This document shows positions 19,376-29,525 of a DNA stretch of 64,000 nt, piece by piece. The DNA lies in the NCBI GenBank assembly GCA_963762115.1, contig CAVXJH010000003.1, positions 128,001 to 192,000 of the forward strand, in the 5' to 3' direction. Below the pieces are notes generated by a model that did not search any database, was not told the origin of the DNA, and saw only the letters and a program-made list of their open reading frames with translations. Position 1 is the first letter of the stretch. Each line of letters opens with the position of its first letter. The stretch is from Candidatus Babeliales bacterium. Lineage in GTDB: Bacteria > Babelota > Babeliae > Babelales > JANWKD01. The position numbers and the translations under genes were made by a program.

Positions 19376-20430
19376 AGAAGTTCAAAATTTTTTTCGTTTT
19401 TTAGCTTAAGAATTTCTTTTTTAGTAAGAGTAATATATTTTTGTGTATTGGGAATGTTTGTTAGTTGTTCCCAATAATCTATGTTTACGGTGGGGTTATA
19501 ACCATAAAAAAATTCTTCTACGCTAAATAGTGTTGCTGTAATTAATGATGATATAATGCAAAAACAACTACCACACATAAGCAATGTGCCAACTATACCG
19601 GCTGGACCGGTTGGGCCTACGATACAGCATGTTGTTGTGATACCTCCTATTCCCATATAGCAACAATTGAGTGGTACGCAATAACGAAGACATAAGCAAG
19701 ACTTAAAAACTTTATTTGCTTTATCTCTTAATTTACTTTCTAGTTGATGCGAATCGTTTAGAAATAGAGCGCGAGTAGTATAATATCCTTTGATAATGTT
19801 AGTACATATTTCATTATATTCTTCATCCTCTAATGCTCTATTAAAATGTGCGTGTAGCCTTTCATTTAAATTTTCAGCATGCTTTTCACTATTTTCAAGA
19901 TATTTTCTAAATTGTTTTTTTATATCACGTTTTAGTCCTATACCAGTATTCCATAATGAATATTCTGGAATATCATTCCAATAAGTAATGCATTTGTTGG
20001 CACTAGAAGCAAATTTGCGCAATGCAATGCGTTCTTCTGGTGTTTTACATAAAGGCATTTTTGTTATGATATGCACTGCATGATATAATGCTATTTTGCT
20101 TTTTATTTCACGTTGGGTTTTATTTGATACATGAAGGTACGATGCGGCATAACCTAAAGGAAGGATTGTTGCTTTATCTTTGTCTTCAATAAGCATTTCA
20201 ATTATTTCTTCGTGTAATTCGGTAGGTAAATTGTGGAAAAATAATAAAGGTCCTGTTGATTCTTTTTTATGCTTGTGTGTGTTTAGATATTGTTGTTTGA
20301 GTGGACTATCATCATCTAAATCTTTTGCTTCCATCGAAAAGCTATCATGAAATTGTATTAAGCTAAAAAAAAAGAAGGTGAGAGTAATTAATCGTGTAGA
20401 TAAAGAAAAGAAATTATTTTTCATGAGCAT
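19372..20430 (-). CDS. secreted F-box-like two-TM protein, copy 2 (tandem paralog)
   Basis: Colinear with 18073..19128; FHNLPTELHEEIIEML. Confidence 0.7.
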   Translation of the reverse strand: MLMKNNFFSLSTRLITLTFFFFSLIQFHDSFSMEAKDLDDDSPLKQQYLNTHKHKKESTGPLLFFHNLPTELHEEIIEMLIEDKDKATILPLGYAASYLHVSNKTQREIKSKIALYHAVHIITKMPLCKTPEERIALRKFASSANKCITYWNDIPEYSLWNTGIGLKRDIKKQFRKYLENSEKHAENLNERLHAHFNRALEDEEYNEICTNIIKGYYTTRALFLNDSHQLESKLRDKANKVFKSCLCLRYCVPLNCCYMGIGGITTTCCIVGPTGPAGIVGTLLMCGSCFCIISSLITATLFSVEEFFYGYNPTVNIDYWEQLTNIPNTQKYITLTKKEILKLKNEKNFELL

Positions 20431-20521
20431 TTCATAGTTAAGGTATTTTGAAAAATTTATTATAAAAATAAAATATTCTTTAGTATAGCAATAAAGAAAA
20501 TAGCTTTCAAATTGTCAGATG

Positions 20522-20581
20522 ATTTTTGGGTTGCCAATGTGTCAATTGCGAGAAAATCTAGAGATACTTGGATTTTACTAA
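20522..20581 (+). repeat. third copy of the maf2 3' end
   Basis: 56/60 identical to 18017-18076; encodes IFGLPMCQLRENLEILGFY*. Confidence 0.9.
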
Positions 20582-20709
20582 GCAACTCATTGTTCGCTAT
20601 GAAAATATTTTTAAAACTTAAATTATTAAAAAGTGTTGAATTGAAATAATTTGGAGTGATATACTCATTATTGTAAGTCTTGGAATCTTTAAGGTAGGGG
20701 TATATTATC

Positions 20710-21060
20710 ATGAATAAAAAAAGTGTATTGATCTTATTATTTTTAACCAACTTTGCTTTAGTAAATGCTAAACATCGATATGTAGATAAAAAATCTATTT
20801 CATCAGAATCAAAAGTATATGATTGCCAATGTTATTGTTCTTATAAATGTGGTCCTCGCGATCCAGATCAACCAGGTGATGCACCGTTTATAGATCCTGA
20901 AACAGGTATTTGTTTCTGCAAAGAACGAGATAGAGAAAAATATTTTGTTCATGGTTGTGATAAATATAATAATGCAAAAGGTTTTAAAACATGCTGTGAA
21001 CCAACATATAAGAAAAGACCAAAAAGAAGTTTTGCTAGAACAAATTATTATAAAAAATAA
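20710..21060 (+). CDS. small secreted Cys-rich protein
   Basis: Signal peptide ending VNA; 9 Cys (CQCYCSYKC...CFC...C...CC); basic tail. Confidence 0.7.
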   Translation: MNKKSVLILLFLTNFALVNAKHRYVDKKSISSESKVYDCQCYCSYKCGPRDPDQPGDAPFIDPETGICFCKERDREKYFVHGCDKYNNAKGFKTCCEPTYKKRPKRSFARTNYYKK

Positions 21061-21071
21061 AAGAGAAGAAA

Positions 21072-21254
21072 ATGGCTAAATATAGTAAAAAATCTCAAGA
21101 ATCCGTAGAAGAGGCAATGCATAAATATAAAAAAGGTGAATTGCATAGCGGGAAAAGTGGGCAGAAAGTAAAAAGCAGAGAACAAGCTATTGCAATTGGG
21201 CTTTCTGAAGCGCGTGAAAAAGGGGCAAAAGTTCCTCAACCGCCAAAGAAATAA
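21072..21254 (+). CDS. DUF6496-like small basic protein
   Basis: MHKYKKGELHSGKSGQKVKSREQAIAIGLSEAR. Confidence 0.8.
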   Translation: MAKYSKKSQESVEEAMHKYKKGELHSGKSGQKVKSREQAIAIGLSEAREKGAKVPQPPKK

Positions 21255-21280
21255 TTATATAAAAAAAGAGTATTTTTTTT

Positions 21281-21308
21281 AAAGGGTGTTTGTTAAACAC
21301 CCTTTTTT
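21281..21308 (+). terminator. rho-independent terminator
   Basis: AAAGGGTGTTT-gtt-AAACACCCTTT followed by a T run. Confidence 0.75.
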
Positions 21309-21421
21309 TGTTGGGAAATAAGATCGATTAAACAATATATATAAATCTGGTGATTCATTGATCCGAAATATGATTCGTAGTAGTATCCTGAATAATTAAC
21401 GTTACAAAAAAAAGGGGTCGT

Positions 21422-21817
21422 ATGAAAAATATAAGAAATTTTGTAATAACATGTTCATTATTAGTATCTTCGAGTTCATTCTTTCAAGTAATTGCGATGG
21501 AAAAACCAGAGTATGATGTAAAAAAAATTGAATTATTGCTTACGCCATGGGTAAAGAGAAAAGAGCTTGCGTCGTCTTATATGAATAAAGCAATACAATC
21601 AAACACTGTTCAAGAAGTTAGCGAGCTTATCCAAGATATTAGGGTAATAACTGTTTTTGATCCTGAAGATAAGACCGTAGATCTGCAAACAGGGCCGTTT
21701 CATGATTGTATTGGCTATAACGTATTTATGAGATGGCTTGATTTGGCAAATCCTCAAGAGACAAAAAAAGTGGTTGCAGATGCAGGAAAATCTTCTCGAT
21801 GGTGTAGCTTTCAATAA
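21422..21817 (+). CDS. secreted protein with C-terminal CaaX-like motif
   Basis: Signal peptide VIA-ME; ends KSSRWCSFQ*. Confidence 0.7.
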   Translation: MKNIRNFVITCSLLVSSSSFFQVIAMEKPEYDVKKIELLLTPWVKRKELASSYMNKAIQSNTVQEVSELIQDIRVITVFDPEDKTVDLQTGPFHDCIGYNVFMRWLDLANPQETKKVVADAGKSSRWCSFQ

Positions 21818-21835
21818 AGTAAATAGATTCGGTAT

Positions 21836-21874
21836 AAAAAAAAGCGCTCTAGGAAAAACTAGAGCGCTTTTTTT
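21836..21874. terminator. bidirectional terminator
   Basis: A-run-GCGCTCTAG-gaaaaa-CTAGAGCGC-T-run between convergent genes. Confidence 0.85.
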
Positions 21875-21878
21875 GTTG

Positions 21879-22349
21879 TTAATTCATTAAACTTTTTTTA
21901 TCAGGTTTCCATTGCTTTAAAATTTCTTTTAAAAGCGCATCTTGAAGCTTTTCATTGGAAGTGTGATCTAACTTTGAACTTGCTTTTATCAAGCTTGATT
22001 CAACGGTTTCATTTTTGCAAATAGTTGAATCAATGTGATTCAATGCAGGTATCATATTTCGTTCTAAACTCTTTTTTACGCCTTGTTCGTTTGTTGTTTC
22101 AATTAAGAGAATATCTAAAAGGCTTAAAAAATCTGCAATACTATTTTGAATGTGAGCATCTGAAGATTGTAATTCGATGGTATCATTTGTTTTATGAGTA
22201 ATCGAATCACGAAATCCTTGCCGCACAGCTCGTGCAACAATTTTCTTTAATGACTCAGATTCATGGTCAACAAGCCATTGCAGTAAATAGAGAAGTTCAT
22301 AGGAGAGCACAAATTGTCCATTGTTATTATTATTGAATGATTGAGTCAT
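21879..22349 (-). CDS. hypothetical protein
   Basis: 156-aa ORF with GGGG RBS, downstream of htpX. Confidence 0.7.
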   Translation of the reverse strand: MTQSFNNNNNGQFVLSYELLYLLQWLVDHESESLKKIVARAVRQGFRDSITHKTNDTIELQSSDAHIQNSIADFLSLLDILLIETTNEQGVKKSLERNMIPALNHIDSTICKNETVESSLIKASSKLDHTSNEKLQDALLKEILKQWKPDKKSLMN

Positions 22350-22363
22350 GGCAAATCCCCTTA

Positions 22364-23242
22364 TTAATGTTTGTTTAACATTTTTCGTAATCTATCAACA
22401 CGTTGTTGTACTGGCGGGTGTGTTGAAAACAATGAACTCCAACTTACTTTGGTAAATGGATTTACAATAAATAAAGAAGCTGTCGCTGTTTTTGTTGCGT
22501 CTTGTTGTTGATTATTAAAATTATTTTGTTGAACTCCTGCATGTAGTTTTTCTAAAGCTGATGCCAAAGCAAGAGGCTCTCGAGAATAATAGGCACCTGT
22601 TTCATCTGCCATAAATTCTCGTGAACGAGAAATAGCAAATTGAATCAATGCCGCAGCAATAGGCATAAGAACCGCTATGATTATCATAACAAGAGGATTG
22701 TTACCTTTTTTATCAGAACGAGATCCTTGGAGTGTTCCCCAGAATGCAGCATGTTGCATCATGTTGGCAATATAGCCAATTGCCGTTGCTAATGTTGCAG
22801 CGATGGTACCAATTAAAACATCCCGGTTTTTAATATGGGAAAGTTCATGAGAAAGTACGCCACGCAATTCGTCTTCGTTTAAGATAGCAAGAATTCCTGT
22901 TGTTACGGCAATTGAAGCGTGACTTGGATTTCTTCCTGTTGCAAAAGCATTAGGCACTTCAGTTGTTACAAGCCATAATTTAGGCATCGGTATATTCATT
23001 GTTGTTGTTAATTCTTGGACCATCGCATAAATATCTTTAAAACGATGAGTATCAAGTGGTTGTGCTTTATACATTTTTAATACTATTTTTTCTGAGAAAA
23101 AATAGGTGATAAAGTTCATTATAAGAGAAATGATAAGTGCAATTTTGAGTCCACTTGAACCCCCTAAAAATCCTCCAAGAGCAAGGAGAATCCCGCTTAA
23201 TGCTGCAAGAAGCACAGCGGTTTTTATCGTATTTATTATCAT
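22364..23242 (-). CDS. htpX: zinc metalloprotease HtpX (M48)
   Basis: PNAFATGRNP, HELSH, SRSREFMAD, FSTHP; GGAGG RBS before ATG 23242. Confidence 0.95.
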   Translation of the reverse strand: MIINTIKTAVLLAALSGILLALGGFLGGSSGLKIALIISLIMNFITYFFSEKIVLKMYKAQPLDTHRFKDIYAMVQELTTTMNIPMPKLWLVTTEVPNAFATGRNPSHASIAVTTGILAILNEDELRGVLSHELSHIKNRDVLIGTIAATLATAIGYIANMMQHAAFWGTLQGSRSDKKGNNPLVMIIIAVLMPIAAALIQFAISRSREFMADETGAYYSREPLALASALEKLHAGVQQNNFNNQQQDATKTATASLFIVNPFTKVSWSSLFSTHPPVQQRVDRLRKMLNKH

Positions 23243-23263
23243 TATAATTCCTCCAGGCATTGT

Positions 23264-23728
23264 TTATTCATCATAATCTATTTTCCATTGAACGAGGTCA
23301 ACAGTTTCTTCATGCTGAGGTTTAGACTCTCGATGAGTATCATGCATTTTTTGCAAAAGAGGAGCATGTTTCATGTTCATGAGTTTTTTTGCATTTTCTT
23401 GAGCATTTGTTTTACAGGTAATGACTTCTTTGACCAAAGCATCATTAACATCATCAAATGCCATATTCATCTGTTTTTGCAGCTTTTGTACTTTTTTTTG
23501 TAATTTTAATATCATCTCAACTCCAGCCAGGTTTATACCAAGTTGATGGGTCAAATAAATAATTTCCTCAAGCTTATTAACATCCTCTTCAGAAAATAGG
23601 CGGGTATTGCCATCTGACCTTTTGGGTGCAATAAGACCTTCTTTTTCATATAATCGAATGGTTTGCTGGTGAACTGAAAACATTTCAGCAACAGCTGATA
23701 TTGAAAAATACCCTTTTTTTCTTTTCAT
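23264..23728 (-). CDS. hspR: MerR-family heat-shock repressor, HspR-like
   Basis: SISAVAEMFSVHQQTIRLYEKEGLIAPKRSDGNTRLFS, LGINLAGV. Confidence 0.8.
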   Translation of the reverse strand: MKRKKGYFSISAVAEMFSVHQQTIRLYEKEGLIAPKRSDGNTRLFSEEDVNKLEEIIYLTHQLGINLAGVEMILKLQKKVQKLQKQMNMAFDDVNDALVKEVITCKTNAQENAKKLMNMKHAPLLQKMHDTHRESKPQHEETVDLVQWKIDYDE

Positions 23729-23970
23729 AGTTATTATTCCTATAATGAACCAGTACACACATGTATTGTAGTATGTACATAATTCTAACCTATTTTACCA
23801 CATTTTTTTTAAGAAAGCATTTCATTTGTGTGTAAAGAATATTTAAAAACAACTCGAGTGATAATTCAGATTGAAAATTTGTTTAAATAAAGGCTTATTC
23901 TCTTGTTTTTGTATGATTCTTTATGATACGTATTTTATAGATCTTCTTTTGAAAAATAGGGAATAAAAAT

Positions 23971-25185
23971 ATGAGAATAAAAAGCATTAAAATATGGTTG
24001 ATGAGTTTTCTGATTTGTTTGGTTTTTTCTGGGCAGGGTATGCACCAGCCGGGAACCTTGCGTAATAACCTTGAGCAGCTTATCAGGAGTCTGAACGCAT
24101 TGGAAATTATGCTTAAAAAAGGAAAGAAGCCTGAAAAGAGGGAATTAAGTTTATCAAAATTTGATCAAGAAGCTTTGGAAATATTATTAGCCGAAGCGCA
24201 AAGAAGGGGTATTCCCTTTAATGAATATGTTATGAATGTACTATTGAAAACAGGTGAAGAACAGCCTCCCAGGGAAGGAGTACCCACCCAAATTCCTTTT
24301 GGTCCTGGTGCTCCACCACCGCCACCTCCACCTGCACCGCCAGTTGAGGTGATTAAGGTTAAACCGCTTACAATCACTCCGGGCAAGGGGAAAAAAGAAA
24401 AACCTCAACAGCAGCCGGGTTTATCAATATCGTCTGAAGATATTGGTGTAGCACGTAGGGGGCTTAGGAGCGTAGTGAAACACACTGCGCAAGCAGAAGC
24501 GAAATCAGATGAACAATTTTTAAATGCATTTCGCTCGGCAAATACTATTGATGAAATTATTGCAAAGTTACAATTGTTAGCAGATGATCCTTTGTATTTA
24601 AAGAAAGAATCTTTAAAAGAAGCATCAAAAATACCTTTGCCTAAGAGTGGTTCTTTACCCGCTGGTTATCAAGTAAAAAAAATTATGATTCCTGATCTTT
24701 TAAATAAAAAAAATAGATTAGTATTGCTTAATATTAATCCTGAAGCTGATTATTTAAATGATTATATGTTTAATACTGCATTGTTTACTGACGAGGATTA
24801 TAATCATTTAGAAGAATTAATAAAAATAGAAATAGAGAGCAAGAAAGCATTAGAAGCTGAAAAAGAGTTGGAAAGGGAAAAGGAGTATAAGCCCTGGCAA
24901 GAGACTTTACAACAAGTTATTGTTAACGCAGGTGATTTAAACCACGTAATAAAATTTATAAGGGCTTTTCCTCGTCAATCAAAATTTCTTCCTAATATTA
25001 TTATAAAAGAAGATAAAGGTGGTACTTTTTATGTTGCAATTGGATCAGATGATCTTAGATCTCTAAATACGGCCAAAGAAAAACTAAATGAAAGTCCAGA
25101 AGCCTTTGTGCAAGAATTGAAGAAACATGTTTCTCAAGATGAACAAAATAAACTTGATCAATTATTGAAAGCATTGAAGGAGTAA
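23971..25185 (+). CDS. secreted polyproline + WH2-like protein
   Basis: Signal peptide GQG-MH; GAPPPPPPPAPP; ISSEDIGVARRGLRSV. Confidence 0.65.
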   Translation: MRIKSIKIWLMSFLICLVFSGQGMHQPGTLRNNLEQLIRSLNALEIMLKKGKKPEKRELSLSKFDQEALEILLAEAQRRGIPFNEYVMNVLLKTGEEQPPREGVPTQIPFGPGAPPPPPPPAPPVEVIKVKPLTITPGKGKKEKPQQQPGLSISSEDIGVARRGLRSVVKHTAQAEAKSDEQFLNAFRSANTIDEIIAKLQLLADDPLYLKKESLKEASKIPLPKSGSLPAGYQVKKIMIPDLLNKKNRLVLLNINPEADYLNDYMFNTALFTDEDYNHLEELIKIEIESKKALEAEKELEREKEYKPWQETLQQVIVNAGDLNHVIKFIRAFPRQSKFLPNIIIKEDKGGTFYVAIGSDDLRSLNTAKEKLNESPEAFVQELKKHVSQDEQNKLDQLLKALKE

Positions 25186-25207
25186 TGTTTAATAATTGTA
25201 GGTAATT

Positions 25208-26323
25208 TTAAACATTAAACTTAATGTTAATAATATCACCATCTTGGACAATATAATCTTGACCTTCAGTCTTCATTTTGCCTTTTTCTTTAACTTTAGC
25301 TTCAGTTCCTAAAGCAAAGAAATCAGCACAATTGAAAACATCGGCGCAAATAAAACCGCGCTCTAAATCTGAGTGAATTTCGCCGCCAGCTTGACGAACT
25401 GTTTTTCCTGCTTGGAAAGGCCAGGCATGAATTTCTCGTGGTCCGCAGGTGAAAAAGGTAATTAATCCGAGATTTTTATAGGTTTTTTGAATAATGGTTG
25501 CTAATCCGCTTGATTCAATGCCCATAAAACCCATCATTTCAGCAGCTTCTTCCTCATTGAGCTGAGAAAGTTCATATTCCAATTTTGCACTGATAGGAAT
25601 AACTTTATCACTGCCAAATCTTTTGATGAGCGTTTGATAATATTTATTATTGTCATAACCGCCTTGTTCTGCTTCATGTTCAGCAATATTGGCAACAATA
25701 ATAAAATTTTTAGCCGACAACAAAGATATCGTTTTAATTTCAGGATGTTGTGCAATAATGGCATGCACTGATTCTATGGTGCCTTTATTGAGTTCTTTAT
25801 TGATTGTTTCTAAAAAAATGAGTTCAGCTGAAAGCTCTTTGAATTCTGCAGGTTTGCTTTTGGCTGATTTAAGCAGATGATTTACTTTTTCGATGCGTTT
25901 GGTAACGGATTCGATATCTTTGAGCATAAGTTCTGCACAAATAATTTCATAATCAGCTAAGGGATCAATTTCATTAGCAGTATGGATGATATTAGAATCT
26001 TCAAAACAACGAACAACGTGAATGATCAAATCAACTTCTCTAATATGCGTTAAAAATTGGTTGCCAAGACCTTCTCCCGAAGCGGCACCTTTTACTAAGC
26101 CCGCAATATCAACAAAGCTTACCGTTGCAGGAATTTGTTTTTGACTGTTATATAATTTTTGTAGTGTTCCCAAACGTTCATCAGGAACATTGGTGATGGC
26201 AACATGAGGGTCGATGGTGCAAAAGGGATAATTCTCTGCAGGAACAGAAGATTTCGTTAAGGCATTAAAAAGTGTTGATTTTCCTACGTTGGGTAACCCG
26301 ACAAGACCAGCTCGAATGCTCAT
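25208..26323 (-). CDS. ychF: redox-regulated ATPase YchF
   Basis: GLVGLPNVGKSTLFNALT, ENYPFCTIDP, DIAGLVKGA, C-terminal TGS. Confidence 0.97.
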   Translation of the reverse strand: MSIRAGLVGLPNVGKSTLFNALTKSSVPAENYPFCTIDPHVAITNVPDERLGTLQKLYNSQKQIPATVSFVDIAGLVKGAASGEGLGNQFLTHIREVDLIIHVVRCFEDSNIIHTANEIDPLADYEIICAELMLKDIESVTKRIEKVNHLLKSAKSKPAEFKELSAELIFLETINKELNKGTIESVHAIIAQHPEIKTISLLSAKNFIIVANIAEHEAEQGGYDNNKYYQTLIKRFGSDKVIPISAKLEYELSQLNEEEAAEMMGFMGIESSGLATIIQKTYKNLGLITFFTCGPREIHAWPFQAGKTVRQAGGEIHSDLERGFICADVFNCADFFALGTEAKVKEKGKMKTEGQDYIVQDGDIINIKFNV

Positions 26324-26525
26324 ATATATAACTTTCTTTTAGTGTAAATTTTTATTTACTACCAAGTGTGCTTTAAAAAACTAAATTTATCAAATAATTT
26401 GTTATTTTTTTATCAATATTAGAAATTATTGACTTTTAATTTAAAAATTTTTTATCCTATTTATAACTATAGATTATTGATGTTGATAAAAAATAATAAT
26501 TAAAAATTTTGATAGGGCGGTTGCG

Positions 26526-29438
26526 ATGAAAAAACAATTATTTTTTTGGCTTTTGATGAGTGCAATAAGTATTTCAGTGTTAGAAAATATGGTTGCATCA
26601 GTGCGGGAAGGCAAGGCTAAAGTATGGGAACCTGCAAGAGAGCCAGAAACATTGGAAGCTGCTAAAAAATTGGAAGAGCAATCAAAAATAAAAGAACAAG
26701 ATGCCCAAAAAAAGCTTGAAGAAGCTAAATTAGAAAAAAATACTGAAGAAGTTGATAGGCAGGAAAAACTATTTGAAGGGGCTAAATTTGATAGAATTAC
26801 TGCCGAAAAAAAGATTAACGTGGAAACATTAAAGGCAGAAATGGCAGATCCTGCAAAAATAGCAGAAGCAAATGCCCAGTTGGAAGCGCGAAAAAAAGTA
26901 ATAGAACAAAAAATTCAAGCTATAGAAAATGAATTGGCTAAGGGTGGTACTTCAATAGGCGGTGGAACGATTGCTGATTCATATAAAGATGCTTTTCAAG
27001 AAAAATTCAAAAAATTGGCTCAGAATCAAAGTGAATTAATTGCTTTTATGCAAGGGGAACTTATTCAACTTGGTATGGGTAAATCAAAGATTACATTTGA
27101 GCATACAGGTCCGCTTGACTATGCTGCACAAAAAGAAATATTAAAAGTACTTAATGATGTTCTTGCAACCTACAGAAGTTCTGATGAAAAAATTATTAAA
27201 ATAAAAGATGAAATAAAAAATACGCTTACTCAAATTGATACTTTTGAAAAAAATCCACCACAAGCGATTCCCAATAATGCAGTTGATAGTAAATTGCAAC
27301 TTTCAGAAAAAATTCCTTCTGATCAAATTAAAGTGTTAAAAAAAGAATTAGGACAACTGTTTTTTGAGAAAGAATATAAAACACCTGCACAACAGGCGAA
27401 AGCTCTTGATGAATTGCGGACTATTGTAGATGCTTATGACATTGCCGATAAAGGCGTGATTAATCTTCTTAATGAACGTCTCTTGTCGCCCTCTGTGGTT
27501 GAATTTCGTATTAAAGAAGCAAAATCTTTGGAACGGAAAAATGCAATCATCACCGATGTATTAAAAACTGCACGCTTGCAAAGTGTGACTTCGCCAGAAA
27601 AATATACTCGAGAAGCTGATCTTCTGAAAAACTTAGCAACTGGTGTTAGCAAATTAGGTTTGGAATTTGCTGAAGTTGTTGTAGGCATGAACGAACGATT
27701 ACAGGAAATAAATAATTTTAAACCAGGTCAAAAGCCGCGCCATGAAACTGCACTTGGTAAAGAGTTGAAACTTACTGATAAAATTTCATTTGATAAAATC
27801 GTTGTCTTGCAAGAAGAGCGCGGCAAGGCAATGGCAGACTATAGAGAATTAGCAAAGACTGATGAAAATGCAGCATTAAAAAATCTTGACCAAGCATTGA
27901 AAGATATTCAAGCGACTATGCAAGATTATTCGTTAACTGATGGCCGCTATAAAGAGTTATATGACAGTATTAGCAACGACATTGCTGCCATGAAAGCTAA
28001 AATTCCTGAGAAACTACCGGCAGGCGTTTCCGAAGAAAATGTTGCGCCAGGCGGTGTGATTGACGCATTGGTAAAAGGCACTCTCGATCAAGGCACAAAA
28101 CTATTGATTACTGGCCTTGATGCAATGCAGGGTGGCGTTGATTATCTCATAGCAAAAGAAATGGTTGCCGTTGATATGTTTTCAGAGAAAGTAATATCGG
28201 CTGGAGAACAACTTGCGGATCTTGGCAATTCTTTTGAAACAGTTCCTGACACCGTAAGTAATTCAACAGATCTTCTAGAAACGATCAATCAAAATGTGCA
28301 TGTTCAAAGTTTTAAAGCAGACGGAACGCCAAAGACTATTGTTAATCTTGTTGCCGGGAAAAAGGTTGTTGGGCAAGTTGATCGTGTCCTTAAATCAGCT
28401 GAAAACACAGAAATATTGTTAAAGAATCCTACTGTGAAATATATTGCTTCAAAAGTGGGTGTTTTAGGAAGGGCGTTGCAAGCCGTTGGGAAAGCTGCCG
28501 TGGAAGTTGGCAATTACGCTGGAGAGATTGGCAATGCTTCTAAAAAAGAGCTTGCAGCATTTGATTCTAGTTCAAAAAAACAAATAGCAGAAAAAACTAT
28601 GGCGCGAAAAGAACTTGAAAAAGCGTTAGAGCGTTTAAAAAATGAAAGTCTTGCTCCTTCGGTTGGTGATGTTCTTCCTGTAGAAGTAAAGAGGGGCGTC
28701 AAAAAATTCTTTGCTGATTTGTATGAAAAAATTAACGCCATCTTTAATAAGCCTAAAGGTATTAGAGAACGATTGAATATAGCGAGCAAAAACTATGAAA
28801 ATGCGCGTACTGCTTATGCAGAATTTTTGGGCGTAGCTCCCAATGCTTCAGTTAAGGTCATTGACGCGGCCATAGCAAATAATCCAAATAAAACACAGCA
28901 GAAAAAATTGGAAACAACGTTATTGAATGCTGCAAAATCATACACGGGAATTGTGCAAGAGTATGCAGGAATATTGAAGGGTGTAGGTTCAACGGTAGAT
29001 TTAATTATAAGCGCGCCAGATAGTATTTTGATTGATGCAAATTTTAATAAAAATATTTTAGGGCAAGAAGGTAAGTTAGTCGAAGATATTGATGCATTTA
29101 TTGATATTCGTCGCAAAAGACAAGCATATTTATCATCAATTCAAGGTGAAAGCGCTCGTATATTTGAAGCAGTTAGTAAAATGACCGCTGGAACGCCAGT
29201 TGATGTTATTTCTAATCGCGTAAGGGAAAATATTGCGGCATTAACAGAAGGCGCATTGCTTAATGGATTAGGTATGTTTGTGCAGGAGAATAATCGTTTG
29301 GAAACGGATTTACGAACTCAACGAGATGAAATTCAGAAAAAATTACCAAAAGTTGCAACGCCAAGTTCTGGCGGAAGCACATCGGGTGGAGATGGCCCTG
29401 CTCCTGTTGATGGTGGTGATGGAGAATATAATGGTTGA
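26526..29438 (+). CDS. large secreted coiled-coil protein, unknown function
   Basis: 970 aa, signal peptide, E/K/A-rich helices, Gly/Asp-rich tail. Confidence 0.75.
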   Translation: MKKQLFFWLLMSAISISVLENMVASVREGKAKVWEPAREPETLEAAKKLEEQSKIKEQDAQKKLEEAKLEKNTEEVDRQEKLFEGAKFDRITAEKKINVETLKAEMADPAKIAEANAQLEARKKVIEQKIQAIENELAKGGTSIGGGTIADSYKDAFQEKFKKLAQNQSELIAFMQGELIQLGMGKSKITFEHTGPLDYAAQKEILKVLNDVLATYRSSDEKIIKIKDEIKNTLTQIDTFEKNPPQAIPNNAVDSKLQLSEKIPSDQIKVLKKELGQLFFEKEYKTPAQQAKALDELRTIVDAYDIADKGVINLLNERLLSPSVVEFRIKEAKSLERKNAIITDVLKTARLQSVTSPEKYTREADLLKNLATGVSKLGLEFAEVVVGMNERLQEINNFKPGQKPRHETALGKELKLTDKISFDKIVVLQEERGKAMADYRELAKTDENAALKNLDQALKDIQATMQDYSLTDGRYKELYDSISNDIAAMKAKIPEKLPAGVSEENVAPGGVIDALVKGTLDQGTKLLITGLDAMQGGVDYLIAKEMVAVDMFSEKVISAGEQLADLGNSFETVPDTVSNSTDLLETINQNVHVQSFKADGTPKTIVNLVAGKKVVGQVDRVLKSAENTEILLKNPTVKYIASKVGVLGRALQAVGKAAVEVGNYAGEIGNASKKELAAFDSSSKKQIAEKTMARKELEKALERLKNESLAPSVGDVLPVEVKRGVKKFFADLYEKINAIFNKPKGIRERLNIASKNYENARTAYAEFLGVAPNASVKVIDAAIANNPNKTQQKKLETTLLNAAKSYTGIVQEYAGILKGVGSTVDLIISAPDSILIDANFNKNILGQEGKLVEDIDAFIDIRRKRQAYLSSIQGESARIFEAVSKMTAGTPVDVISNRVRENIAALTEGALLNGLGMFVQENNRLETDLRTQRDEIQKKLPKVATPSSGGSTSGGDGPAPVDGGDGEYNG

Positions 29439-29525
29439 ATTTGAAACTATTGCATATTGCACTGGTTTATGTAATCATATTTTTTGTAGTTGTATAGTAG
29501 TGTCGTCATAAAGAAAGGAGATGAT

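Noticed and set aside
20460..20750. ORF sharing IQVSLDFLAIDT with 17889..18086
   Set aside because: The similarity is just the antisense reading of the duplicated maf 3' end
27434..29511. Short antisense or overlapping ORFs inside long genes (also within mutS, ktrB, htrA and others)
   Set aside because: Nested in well-supported CDSs with no independent motifs or RBS
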